Origin: Schmidtea polychroa
Taxonomy: Eukaryota
Direction: 5' to 3'
Assembly: GCA_044892525.1 (NCBI GenBank)
Contig: CM097885.1
Coordinates: forward strand, 7,654,569-7,690,000
DNA length: 35,432 nucleotides
The notes under the pieces are model-generated. The model was not told where the DNA came from. It made no database searches and was given only the letters and a program-made list of their open reading frames with translations. The position numbers were made by a program, and so were the translations under genes. Shown piece by piece: positions 11,501 to 21,899 of the stretch. Numbering within the stretch: position 1 is the first letter of the stretch; every line of letters begins with the position of its first letter.

Positions 11501-14500
11501 TTATAGGCAAAAAGCGATGCATTGAACATAAAACTCAAATTATCAGGGTACTTAGTAAAATGTTGGATAGTTTTAATAAGGAAATTGCTTCTTATGTTAA
11601 TGGTGCTCTTTATTCCATTCTGATTATGCCTGAAATAAGAGAAGAAGCTATTAATATGGTTATTATTTTTAATTATTATTATTGATTATTATTATTGATT
11701 ATTATTATTGATTGTTATTATTGATTATTATTTTTATTTTCCTAATTATAATGAATTATTAAAGAATTTGGAAAACACTTTGAAGAGCCATATGAAACCA
11801 GAACATCCGGACATGAATCGGCAATTGGAGTACATAATTAGTCAACTCAAATCAAGTAATATATAATTCATAAAATTTTAAATGTTTTTAAATAGTTTTT
11901 TATAAATTATATATATCGATTGTTGTTAAATTAAATAATCATTAAATTATTAAATTGAATAATTTATTAAATTATTTAATTTTTATTATTTTTAAAAATA
12001 AAAAATAATTTGATATAATTAATTAGTTTTCTTCAAAAGTCTATAATTGCTATAGTTATTCTATCCTAGCTGATGATGACAGTAAAACTATCGAAATATA
12101 TCGGAAAACGAATATTTGAGTGGCGCTTTTATAATTATATCATTACCATGCATGTTTAACTATTTATTTCATAATAAATTAACAATTTCATAAAAATGGA
12201 TCGTATTGGCAGTAGAAGGTTCAGAAATATTTTCGCTTAGTTTCTTATTTAAAAAAAATACCTAGTGAGACTCAATTCAACGTAACGAATAAAAATCTTT
12301 ACTATAAGAATCGTATGACAAGTATTTGCTTATTTTTCTTTCCTAATTCAAAATGTTACTTATTTTATCAATGTTTTCAACAAGGGTAAGTCGGTTGGTT
12401 TGTCTTTAATATAATTCTATTGTTTTTTCCCATAGGTAAAATTGTTACTCATTTAAACCGAGTGCGGTTTCAAAAATATGTAAAAACAATTAAAAGAAAA
12501 ACATCAATAATTTTAAAATTAATTATTTATATTTTTATGTCAAATATTAATTTATTGATCTGTTTTCTTTTTATCGTATTTCATTTATTTTCATTCTGAC
12601 AAAATATCAAAAATTAATTTTATCCATCGAAAAATTCCCGACTTTGCCTTTATCCAGTGTTATGAAAGATTTAAAAAAACATTATAGTATTCAGTAAATC
12701 ATTCGAAAACCAAAGGTTTTTTTTCAATACTAAAATAACAATGCAAAAAAGATAACAAAGAAAAAAAATATGGAATTAATGAAAATTGATAATTGAACAA
12801 ATAAGGTGTATAGAAGTGAGACAATATCTTGAAGATAGAAAGATAAATATGGAACTTTATAAGCACTATATCAATAAACCACAACATAAATACATACGCA
12901 ATAATTACATTCATATTTTACCTCAATGATATAATATATAATATATTACATAATAATGTCAGATATTTGATATTATTATATCTGTATTACAAAAATAAGG
13001 CCACAAATAGATAAAATCAGCCATCTAAAATTTGAATCAGAAGTTGCTTGTCTCATGGACCATTTGCCATGTTTATCGGTTTTTGGATAGACCCACTGGT
13101 TACCTGATATTGATTTTTTGAAAATTCAAATGTATTTAGACAGCTGGTATAGTGCTCATCACTTTGAAAGATTTAAATTTCTAACTGTAGTGAAATGTAG
13201 TGTGAAAAACTTTAAAAAACACACAGTGAGTTATATACATTTATTAGTTAAATTCAAATTAAAACTTAGTATCTGTTACATGAAATAACTAAGCAAATAA
13301 AAATCAACCTTAAAAACATGGTTTTTGAAACTCCATATCTCACTCTCTTAATTTCAAATTATTTTAGATATAATTACGCTATCTTTTTTTTCCGAAGTTT
13401 ATGAATAGATAAGAATTTATATTTGAATAATAAATCCTTTTAGTGGGAGGTATGAACCTGATGCTTTAATAATTAATTTTCAACATTTGGTATCAATTTA
13501 GTTAGGTTTAATCTCAAATCTCCTCAGTTAATGATGTCAAGTTTGTTTCTTTTTCGTTAGTAGATTGGCAACTGTGTTGAAACCACTTTTAGCTAGGTTG
13601 AAGATGGAAAAGCAATTATAAACTTTCTCGTGATATTCCAAAATACGAGACAAATAACGACTATATCTTATTGAAGCCAGAGCTGCTGATATCCGTTTGT
13701 AAACTTGTACTACTTCATTTCCTCTTGCAATATGACATCCGTTTCTTCGTTGACTTCCTGCAAATTGGTCTGTGACAATTTCGGAACTAGAAAAATTCGC
13801 GTCGTCCAATGTTTTGTTTCATTAGGTTAATTCTGGCAAGAAACGCTGAAATGATGGACATGGTTTTAATCAAGTTTAGACTGTCACCTTGTACTGCAAG
13901 TTAACCATACTAAATTTAGTAAACAAATCTTTTAAATAGGCAAAGTCTGTTTTGAACTTCAATAAATTTTCATTTAAAATTTGATCTTTAGCATCCAGAA
14001 ATAAATAGTCTCAAAAAGTGCAAAAAATCTTGTCAAACATAAGCCTTTCAACAACTAACGTATTTCAGTGTCAAGGATTAATTAATGAAAGTTCTCATCA
14101 TTTTCTTCACATAACTTTGGATTAGGTTTACTTCATTAATGCAGGTTTGTGTAAAACATTTTTTAAATCCTCTTCAACGGCTGTTAAAATTAACTCTTAT
14201 CAGATATTATGCGGTTTTCTGGATTTTGCTATAAGTAACGAGATATTGTAAGGCACTCGCAAACCATTATCATTTCGTTGTAACGTCGAAATGAACATTC
14301 TGTCCAGCGTCGGTCTCTTCTGAATTTATCTTTCAATATTTGAAAGTATTTCAGATATTCATCTGTTATATCAGGGTCACAGCATAGATGGTTTCATAGC
14401 TTCATTGCCTAAAACTTTGTTGCATAAAAGGAATGATGCCAAAATTCAGATAGTCAACTGCCTACATTTCTTTTTAGATTCGGACATGTTTAGTATCAGT

Positions 14501-15863
14501 TATCTGGGGACAAAATTAATCTATTTAAATATAATTGAAAATTTAAATTTAAATAATTAAAGTATTATAATATCAATTAATAATATTTAAAAAAGAAAAA
14601 ATTATTATTGTTTTCTATTTTTTAAATTTAACCTTAAAATGCAGCATAAATTATAATAAATGTTTAAACAATATTTAATTTATAAATAAGAATATAAAAT
14701 AAAGAAAATAATATTTATAATTTTTTGCATAAACTTTATGTGCGACCAGTTCATAAATTTTTACTTTATATGTACTTTTATAATTTATGTAGATAGTTAT
14801 GTCTTTATATTATAAGGTTGTATTATGTAAGTAATTAGATACTATCTGTGTATGTGGCTTATTCCATTCTGCTTATATGAGATCTACTATCATTGCCCCC
14901 CCCCCCATTTTTGTTTCACTGACACGGACCCCTCGCAGGTCGTCTAGGACCACTTTGGAATCACGGATTTGAATAAATCTTAGGATAATTTGAAACAATA
15001 TCCAAACTATTGGAAATATCCAAAATAAGGAAACCTAGCATATTCAGTACTCATTATTTCATTTAATCTAACCTCTTTTTTGTGTTTTTCATTGAAAACA
15101 TTTTATTTTTTTATTTCATTGGATATAAACATTTATTTTAATCATTTATTTCTCAATCTGAAATGCATTTTATTTCTAGGAATTTCTACGTAATATTTTT
15201 GTTAGCACTGTACATCCCGTTCACACTTTACTTAATGAGTAGATTAGATTATCACCTCACTTGTTTAATTATTTAGGCGATGAACCGAAAATTGAGGAAT
15301 CTGATGATGAAGAAGAGGAAGATGATGATGAGGTGCAAGTCTCCGTTGTAAAAATGATTTATAATATGTTTTTGCAGGAAGATCCTGAAGTGTTAGAGAG
15401 TGAATTGGATAAAGATGAATCATGTATTGCAGTCCCGAATGAATTATTTGGAGAAGAACTATTGAATACCAATTATTCTATGCAGTCTGCTCAATCTAGG
15501 GATGCAAACTCATCAAATCCTACAATTAGTCGACCTATTACTCCTGGAAATTTTCTCAGTAAACGCAACTCAACTCCAAATGATATTCAGAATGTTAGAC
15601 CGCCAACGAGAAGTGGTTCAAATATTGATCCGCAAACAGCTACAGAAAATAAAGTTCCAGTTGTGAAACCTGATTTGATGAGAGATAATCCCCAATATCA
15701 AAAAGCTTTCTCATCGAAACCAAAAATTCCTAGAACACCAGATGAAGAGAATTTAAAACGAAACAGTATTCAGAGCTTGACAGGACCAATTCAATCGTCA
15801 GGACGCATGCCAATTACCAGTGCTAATGGCAGCAGGAGAGGTATTGAAATTATTTTTACATGA
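1..15863 (+). CDS. ARMC9: LisH domain-containing armadillo repeat protein 9, partial (5' end outside window); exons <1-301, 5208-5542, 7866-7977, 8035-8224, 8276-8402, 11323-11462, 11507-11658, 11765-11855, 15277-15332, 15378-15863
   Basis: Spliced translation is collinear with animal ARMC9: [34 protein letters not shown]; [19 protein letters not shown]; [16 protein letters not shown]; [10 protein letters not shown]|RLT; [10 protein letters not shown]; [14 protein letters not shown]|RHIQ; [22 protein letters not shown]; [15 protein letters not shown]; [10 protein letters not shown]; acidic ESDDEEEE; ELDKDE; SRPITPG. All introns are GT-AG and the phases close (exon lengths 335,112,190,127,140,152,91,56,486). 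Confidence 0.95.
324..785. repeat. Degenerate TAATCAA(T/C)-core minisatellite in ARMC9 intron
   Basis: About 20 recurrences of TAATCAAT/TAATCAAC with irregular A/T/C-rich spacers; nearly G-free on the + strand. Confidence 0.8.
1470..1620. mobile_element. hAT-like element terminus (TIR reads TAGGGATGTTAAAC on - strand) with ACCGG/AACCG subterminal repeats
   Basis: Ends ...GTTTAACATCCCTA at 1620; dense AACCGG/CCGGTT motifs resemble Ac-type subterminal repeats. Confidence 0.6.
1621..2460 (+). mobile_element. Penelope-like element 3' remnant: end of RT thumb, GIY-YIG endonuclease, 3' UTR/pseudo-LTR
   Basis: KNGYS (NGYP-like), [29 protein letters not shown] (GIY-YIG), then past a stop [23 protein letters not shown]; followed by an AT-rich UTR with a hammerhead-like motif. 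Confidence 0.88.
2397..2443 (+). ncRNA. Minimal type I hammerhead ribozyme-like motif (PLE-associated)
   Basis: CTGATGA-T-GACAG-GAAAA-CTGTC-GAAA-TATA-TC: core boxes, perfect 5-bp helix II and palindromic helix III (ATATAT); helix I (CTAC/GTAG) is interrupted by a 5-nt insertion. Confidence 0.7.
2990..3325 (-). mobile_element. Decayed REL-endonuclease non-LTR retrotransposon fragment (R2/R4/NeSL-like C-terminus)
   Basis: NHC...[11 protein letters not shown] (zinc-knuckle end plus RHD motif) followed by [22 protein letters not shown] (PD..D-type REL motif), with stops and frameshifts. Confidence 0.6.
3330..3690 (-). pseudogene. EEF2: Elongation factor 2 fragment (N-terminal G domain), intronless, internally deleted
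   Basis: [15 protein letters not shown]; [19 protein letters not shown]; [18 protein letters not shown]; [17 protein letters not shown]; TLKQYA, collinear with EF2 ([47 protein letters not shown]). Confidence 0.9.
3700..3800 (-). pseudogene. Type I protein arginine methyltransferase (PRMT1-like) SAM-binding motif fragment
   Basis: [28 protein letters not shown] versus PRMT1 G(S/C)GTGIL.MFAAKAGA..V.GI(E/D)CS.I.DY. Confidence 0.7.
4125..4205. mobile_element. hAT-like element terminus (TAGGGATTGTAAAT) with TTACCG/ACCGG subterminal repeats
   Basis: Same TAGGGAT terminal motif and ACCG repeats as the end at 1620. Confidence 0.55.
5208..5542 (+). CDS. ARMC9: ARMC9 exon
   Basis: Acceptor TTTATAG|ACT; [29 protein letters not shown]...SFDPP; donor CC|GTTAGT (phase 2). 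Confidence 0.92.
5557..5590. repeat. (TA)n microsatellite
   Basis: Pure TA run just inside the ARMC9 intron donor. Confidence 0.95.
5728..6262 (+). pseudogene. HSP90: HSP90 5' fragment, copy 1, with ~165 bp of upstream flank
   Basis: [77 protein letters not shown]; truncated at the GQFGV motif. Confidence 0.92.
6367..7583 (-). mobile_element. Mariner (D,D34D) transposon, full-length but decayed, TA-flanked
   Basis: TIRs TTGGGTTAGCCAACAAGTCA (6367) and revcomp TTCAGTTAGCCAATAAGTCA (7583), each flanked by TA; transposase motifs [38 protein letters not shown]. Confidence 0.9.
7866..8402 (+). CDS. ARMC9: ARMC9 three-exon cluster (7866-7977, 8035-8224, 8276-8402) separated by 57- and 51-nt introns
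   Basis: [37 protein letters not shown] | [13 protein letters not shown]...[14 protein letters not shown] | GRSYLVKN...[15 protein letters not shown]; GT-AG boundaries in phase. Confidence 0.92.
9264..9830 (+). pseudogene. HSP90: HSP90 5' fragment, copy 2, with the same upstream flank as copy 1
   Basis: [79 protein letters not shown]; 5' flank aligns with 5728-5893. Confidence 0.92.
9992..10545 (+). mobile_element. hAT non-autonomous remnant: Charlie-like end (AAAGTGCGGCCC) and C-terminal dimerization-domain fragment (10415-10545)
   Basis: [31 protein letters not shown] matches the hAT C-terminal motif YLRSTM.Q.RL..LA..SI. Confidence 0.6.
11323..11855 (+). CDS. ARMC9: ARMC9 three-exon cluster (11323-11462, 11507-11658, 11765-11855) separated by 44- and 106-nt introns
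   Basis: [46 protein letters not shown] | GKKRC...[22 protein letters not shown] | [30 protein letters not shown]. Confidence 0.93.
11660..11740. repeat. (ATT)n/ATTATTATTG degenerate tandem repeat filling a 106-nt ARMC9 intron
   Basis: TTATTATTGA units repeated about 6 times. Confidence 0.8.
11877..12135 (+). mobile_element. Solo Penelope-like 3' UTR/pseudo-LTR, same family as 2235-2460, with hammerhead-like motif at ~12064-12110
   Basis: Aligns with 2235-2460 (AATGTTTTTAAATA..GATTGTTG..CTATAGTTATT.TATCCTA.CTGATGATGACAG.AAAACT.TCGAAATATATCG..GCGCTTT). Confidence 0.8.
13440..14966 (-). mobile_element. Buster/Charlie-type hAT transposon, internally deleted; transposase relic 14487->13440, left end at 14966
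   Basis: [24 protein letters not shown]..; LCEENDE.FH..; ..[20 protein letters not shown]; terminal sequence CCGTGATTCCAAAGTGGTCC..GGGGTCCGTG is typical of Buster left ends. Confidence 0.85.
15277..15863 (+). CDS. ARMC9: ARMC9 C-terminal exons (15277-15332; 15378-15863, or ending at a possible donor at 15841)
   Basis: [19 protein letters not shown] | [46 protein letters not shown]; 45-nt GT..TTTTTGCAG intron; AG|GTATTG at 15840 could be a further donor. Confidence 0.85.
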
Positions 15864-15872
15864 TAAGTGTTT

Positions 15873-16228
15873 AATTTTCATCAAATAATCTGTCAAATCT
15901 ATTCTAAGCATTGCATGAGGCAGTGAATAACCTTCATAAAGTAGTATAGAATGTGGTACACCATTCCTGGAATCCAGAACAAGAAAAAAGTGACAGAACA
16001 GCTTGGATAGCAACATACATAGCAGGAACATTGAATGCTTAAAACAAGGGTTGAGTCATATTTTCTCTGTTAGCTTTTGAATTCAATTGCTCTTTGGTAA
16101 GAAGAACCGGATACTCTTTTGGTGCAAGTTTCAATTCATTGTAAAACGAATGATGCCAGATCTTTTCCATATAATGGCAGTTAGTAATAATGTCATGTTC
16201 AATAGGTTGGATTGAGTTCTCCCTCTAC
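15873..16228 (-). pseudogene. ACT: Actin fragment (about residues 60-190), intronless, with small deletions
   Basis: [96 protein letters not shown]. Confidence 0.93.
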
Positions 16229-16819
16229 TTAACTATCTTTCTGGTGCATTCAAATCATAACACTTAAATCATAACCTTAATTACGATATCTTTCAAAAAT
16301 GGATGGAAAAACACCATCACCGACAAATCCGATTTGTACATACAAGATCCATAAAAAACAACAACTATAGAAAACATAGATTTCTTGAATCACAGAAATT
16401 CGAATAACTCCATAATAAATCCAAACAAAGCCACATTGAATCAATCAATCACAAAGTTCACAAGGAAACTCAATCAAAATTCCATAGGAAACTATACACC
16501 AACCGGCAATTGATTATCATCAAATGGCCATTGATTTGCAAATTTAATAATATAAATATTAACTTACCTATAATAAATGTGTGTGCGTGTGTGTCATAGT
16601 CAGAAGGGACATTGAATTAGCTAGGTGGCATTAATTGGCTATTACACTATAGAAAGATAGAAAAAATCTCTGTTGGAAGAAAAATAAATAAATACATACA
16701 AACACGGTTCACAAAATTTCTATAATAAAAAATACACGCTATAGGACATTGATTTATCATGTGGACATTCAATTAGCTAAAAATTTTCAATTTAAAATTA
16801 ATTATTTATAAACAAATAT

Positions 16820-17260
16820 ACGAGAATGTGTCAGAAACTTCATCAGAATCGACTATTGCATTTCAAGAAATTCATAGATGAATGCTCTTCAATACATGGA
16901 CGGACAAGAGATTCGGTAGATCACGAGTAGGCAATAGAATTTATAACAATATGCCAACAAATCGAGGTCCCAATATCCAAAGATGAGCTAATCCATTTAC
17001 AATAATATATCTTCATTGGCTATTCAAATAGAAAAATTGCCATATAATCCATTTTTGAACCCCATCGAAAGTGTTGAGCAAAAGTAAAAATGGGCTAAGG
17101 ACTAAAGTTTCTTCGGCTGATGGATTTACCAGACAGATTTACCTCCAATGAATGATTTACTGCAATATCCCAAGCAGTTAACGAGGAACTTCGAAAACCA
17201 GATCATAATAATTTCAAAAATCATATTAAAATTTCTTCCCTAAATACTTGATATTTTAGG
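16820..17260 (+). mobile_element. IS630/Tc1-like transposase C-terminal remnant
   Basis: IEKLPYNPFLNPIE motif (LPPYSPFLNPIE-like), preceded by frameshifted transposase-like sequence. Confidence 0.55.
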
Positions 17261-17829
17261 TGAACTATGAAATATTTAATGCATATTATAATAAATAAAT
17301 AAATATCTTACTTCTTTATTCATTATTTTAACAAAAAATCTTAAAATTAACTAAAATCCAAAACAAAGCCAATTTGACATAGCTAAATGAATCTCTCATT
17401 TATGATAATCAAATGCGCTTTGGTGTAAGCAAATAACACACACAATAAATCCAACTACCCAGCGTGTGTAAAGTCATTGTGCGCAACAGAAGCAATTAGT
17501 TAGAAAAAGCCAATTAGTGTAATATGTCAAGGTCAGATTTTAAAGTCAGGGTAAATTTAGGATCATTTTAGGGTTCGTTAAGGATCAAAATTTTAAATTT
17601 TAAAAATTTTAAAAAAATACAGTAAGGATGTAATGAGAGTTGGTGAAAACTATGAGTGAAGCAATAAATATGAGAGTGGGGTTAGAGCTTAAACACACAA
17701 TAAATGCTATCAAGACAAGAGAGAACAAGATAATGACAATGTTTTAACCCTTCAGGTGCGACATGAGGATAAATCCGAATACTATTGAATAGACCTTTGT
17801 TTCTATTTTCAACAACTCTTCGGGGAAAT

Positions 17830-18054
17830 TTTATTTTATTTCTCATGCAAATTTGAAATAGAGTTGAGATGTGCATTCGAACAGCAACAGAAGGATACAT
17901 AGTCGAACCACTTGATAAGCTTTTACAAATTACCATAGTGTGAGATATAGGATCACTAGAGTCCAAAACATATACCCGAAGAACGACCTGAAGCTTATTG
18001 ATGAATTAGTATCTCGAACATAATTTGAGTCATGGCTCCTCTGTCAGCTTTAGG
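17830..18054 (-). pseudogene. ACT: Actin fragments joined across a large internal deletion (about residues 112-162, then 296-330)
   Basis: PKADRGAMTQIMFE..ASGRSSGI-VLDSSDPISHT, then SSGSTMYPSVAVRM..KIK. Confidence 0.8.
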
Positions 18055-18197
18055 AATATTGAAAAGAACTTCTCGATCAGTAATTGAGATTACATTGCCA
18101 GATGCGATAGATTTAACATGAACCAAGATATCCTTAGAGCTTCTATCATTGTCAACACTCATGAATTCATATCCATTTTTAAGTTAAACCATTTCAT
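18055..18197 (-). pseudogene. Cold-shock domain (Y-box protein-like) fragment
   Basis: KWFNLKNGYEFMSVDNDRSSKDILVHVKSI..REVLFNI versus CSD KWFN.(R/K)NGYGFI......DVFVH..AI. Confidence 0.75.
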
Positions 18198-18891
18198 AAT
18201 GCAAACGAAAGTTTTTAAAAATCTTTATTCTATTCAAAGATTCGTGACAAAATGACCTTTTTAAACAAATTTCTTCAAATCTCCAAAAAAAATCAATTAA
18301 TTCTAAAATAACAAAATCAAAAAGTACCTTGCCTTGCGTCTATGTGCGCAACCCAACAGGAAAACTACAATCAATACTCAATCTGCACACAGCCGCGATA
18401 CATAATTAGACTCAGGATTTATCACTGAATGTATTATATTCAATAGGTCGTTCTACATGCTTTTCAAATTTTCAAATCACAATTATATCTTTAACTTTTT
18501 GACGAATAAATGAGCAGTGACCAAGCGCATGTGCCTTAAATACAAACTGGGAATTCATTAATGACTATTTACAATTAGATATAATTCAAAACATGAAAAA
18601 TTGATATTGTTTTTTGTAAATGTAATCCAATATAGTAATGACTTAATATTTATACTTTTGTATATTTATATTTATAGTTTTTGTTTGAATATAACTCGCG
18701 AAATGTTTCTTGATTATTTATAAACAAAATATAATATTACAATTAATTGATTATCGTATTTAATTTAATATCACCGATTTTATTTCAGTTTACAATTCAA
18801 TTTTGATTATTTAGACTTTTGGAAATATTCAAAAAAATATATATTTAACATTTTCATCGTTTGGAATCATGCAACGATAATTATTATTTAA

Positions 18892-19162
18892 NNNNNNNNN
18901 NNNNNNNNNNNNNNNNNNNNNNNNNNNNNNNNNNNNNNNNNNNNNNNNNNNNNNNNNNNNNNNNNNNNNNNNNNNNNNNNNNNNNNNNNNNNNNNNNNNN
19001 NNNNNNNNNNNNNNNNNNNNNNNNNNNNNNNNNNNNNNNNNNNNNNNNNNNNNNNNNNNNNNNNNNNNNNNNNNNNNNNNNNNNNNNNNNNNNNNNNNNN
19101 NNNNNNNNNNNNNNNNNNNNNNNNNNNNNNNNNNNNNNNNNNNNNNNNNNNNNNNNNNNNNN
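18892..19162. other. Assembly gap (N-run)
   Basis: Run of N. Confidence 1.
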
Positions 19163-19424
19163 GTAGCAGCATTTATTATTTAAAACAATAAAGTGAAAAA
19201 GCCTTTTGCTTCAAATAATGTATTTAATGAAAAAATTTTCGACTATAAGATAGTCCTTGTCAATCTCCTGGACTTTAGCAATCTTCTTCCCGAAAATATA
19301 TTTCTATCTTTCTTTTATTTACTTTTTCTTAATTCTCATTGGTTATAATATAATTTATATCTTTTTATGAATTTTTTATTAAAAATTTCTAAAATTTTAT
19401 TGAAAATTAAAATTTACAAAAATT

Positions 19425-19932
19425 NNNNNNNNNNNNNNNNNNNNNNNNNNNNNNNNNNNNNNNNNNNNNNNNNNNNNNNNNNNNNNNNNNNNNNNNNNNN
19501 NNNNNNNNNNNNNNNNNNNNNNNNNNNNNNNNNNNNNNNNNNNNNNNNNNNNNNNNNNNNNNNNNNNNNNNNNNNNNNNNNNNNNNNNNNNNNNNNNNNN
19601 NNNNNNNNNNNNNNNNNNNNNNNNNNNNNNNNNNNNNNNNNNNNNNNNNNNNNNNNNNNNNNNNNNNNNNNNNNNNNNNNNNNNNNNNNNNNNNNNNNNN
19701 NNNNNNNNNNNNNNNNNNNNNNNNNNNNNNNNNNNNNNNNNNNNNNNNNNNNNNNNNNNNNNNNNNNNNNNNNNNNNNNNNNNNNNNNNNNNNNNNNNNN
19801 NNNNNNNNNNNNNNNNNNNNNNNNNNNNNNNNNNNNNNNNNNNNNNNNNNNNNNNNNNNNNNNNNNNNNNNNNNNNNNNNNNNNNNNNNNNNNNNNNNNN
19901 NNNNNNNNNNNNNNNNNNNNNNNNNNNNNNNN
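19425..19932. other. Assembly gap (N-run)
   Basis: Run of N. Confidence 1.
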
Positions 19933-20339
19933 GGCAAAGAGTCCATGTCAACAACAAAGTGAATTGTGCATTCCGATCTGTGATGGTTCACAAATATCGA
20001 TTTTGCACTCCACCAATCTTTATGTAATATTGATTTAGAAAAAGTATTCAAATTACCAAATTATTCTCATATGTGATAATTATTGATTAATAATAAATTT
20101 GTTTATTTTCGCTTTTTCTTCCATTGTTAAAATTACATGAAAAAAAATCCTCATTAAAATTATAAATATTTATTAATTACAAAATTTGAAAATCTCCAAT
20201 TTTAAGGCAACCAAATTATTGCACCAAATCCCCCTCAATATATATTAGAAATATTAAAAAGTAAATAAAATATTAAAAATACTTTTTAAAATTAAAAGTG
20301 CATAACTGTCTTTCTTGTAAAATTCATGCTACTTTAGCA

Positions 20340-20790
20340 ATTAGATTTTTCGCTCTTTACGAGTATTTCTGTTTTGAAATACGATTTGGATAGGAGAAAT
20401 AAATTTCATAATTCTGAATGGTCCTTCCTATTCAATACCTTCTTTCCCACTTCAAATTGTTTGTTACCTCTTTTATCCTCATCCATGTTTTGATATTCTT
20501 ATCGCAGCTTTCTCCGCATTGTGTTTTGCTGACAACTTTATCATTTCGGGATTCCGCCGCTTGTTCTAACGTTGAATGCAGATTAATTTCCCCTACAAAT
20601 TTTATTTCAAATGACGATAATCCAGTAGTACGTTGATTGGTTACAATTATCTTTAATTCGCTCTTCCTCAATAAATCTACTCTGTTCTTTTCTTGCTAAA
20701 GTTGCTGTGGTAAGATCACTCACTGTTCTTATAACTTTTTCCACTACACCATGGACGTGACGTGTTACAGGCTTTGCGTTACAACATTTT
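20340..20790 (-). mobile_element. Gypsy-type LTR retrotransposon integrase C-terminal remnant
   Basis: HGVVEKVIRTVSDL (NG.VER..RT-like), KQFEVGKKVL and GPFRIMKFISP (GPF/Y motif). Confidence 0.55.
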
Positions 20791-21899
20791 ATAATTTGTT
20801 TGAATGAAATTATAATGTTTCCTAACGATAAAAAAATTTGAATTTTTACAACTTTTTGAGAATGACTGGATCACAAAATTAATATTTTAAACGGATATTT
20901 GTAACCATTTAAATGAATTAAATATTAAGTTTCAAGGCCTTGGAAACTCAATTGATGATTACTAATTGAAACCAAATTAATATTATTTAAGGTAGCGGGA
21001 CAAAATTAAAAAAATAGTGAACTAAACTGAAAGATAACCATTACAAATGCATACAAAATGCAATACAAATGCAATACACATGTCACCGAGATCCCGTTAC
21101 ATATTTCTGAGATAATACGCGCGTGCTCAGTGTAAATGTTGTCTGATAGCGATTTTATTGCAAAAGTGTATAAACATAAACACTATAATAGAAAAATTAT
21201 TAATTCATTAGAATTTTTATATTTTTATTTGACTAGTCTAGATTTTCTATTGCTTTTTTATTATTTTATTAAACTTATAGAACCAGACATTCATGCTAAA
21301 TAAAGGCAACTTACATGTTACAGAGTTTTCCTAAATGTTTCATCCTCTTTATCAAAATGTTTAATCATTAAATTAGATAATTTTGTCATGAGATCAAAAT
21401 TTTATAAGATCAATATTTGGGTCACAAAAGATTATAGCTATCGTAATATATAATACATAATTTTTTAAAAATAAAAATATTAAAAAAATATTAAAAAAAT
21501 ATAAAAAAAATATAAAAATCGTAATATTTTTTTAAATGTAAAATTAAATTAAAGTAGAAATTATAAATTATTATAAATATGTATTATAAATGTATTATAA
21601 ATAAATTTATCAACTTTATTTCATGCCATTTAGAGTAACAGCACAACTCATCACACGGTCAAAACGAGCAGTATTTAGTTTAATTTTATATTTTAAAAAA
21701 ATATTATTTTATATCTTTCACATACTTTATTGTTGCCATTTGGTTCATATATGCAATATCCATAACCATTTGTTCCAGGAATTGGGAACTTTCTCTATGT
21801 AAAAAGTTTTCCTTTGTGTGTTTTTCGTCAAATATTATTCATATATAGTGTAACCATTTTTGTTATTCCAACATAACATCATTTTATATGTGACTTACT

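Noticed and set aside
18861-20051. Long ORFs in the track spanning X residues (also 25770-26126 and 28301-28726)
   Set aside because: Artefacts of N-gaps.
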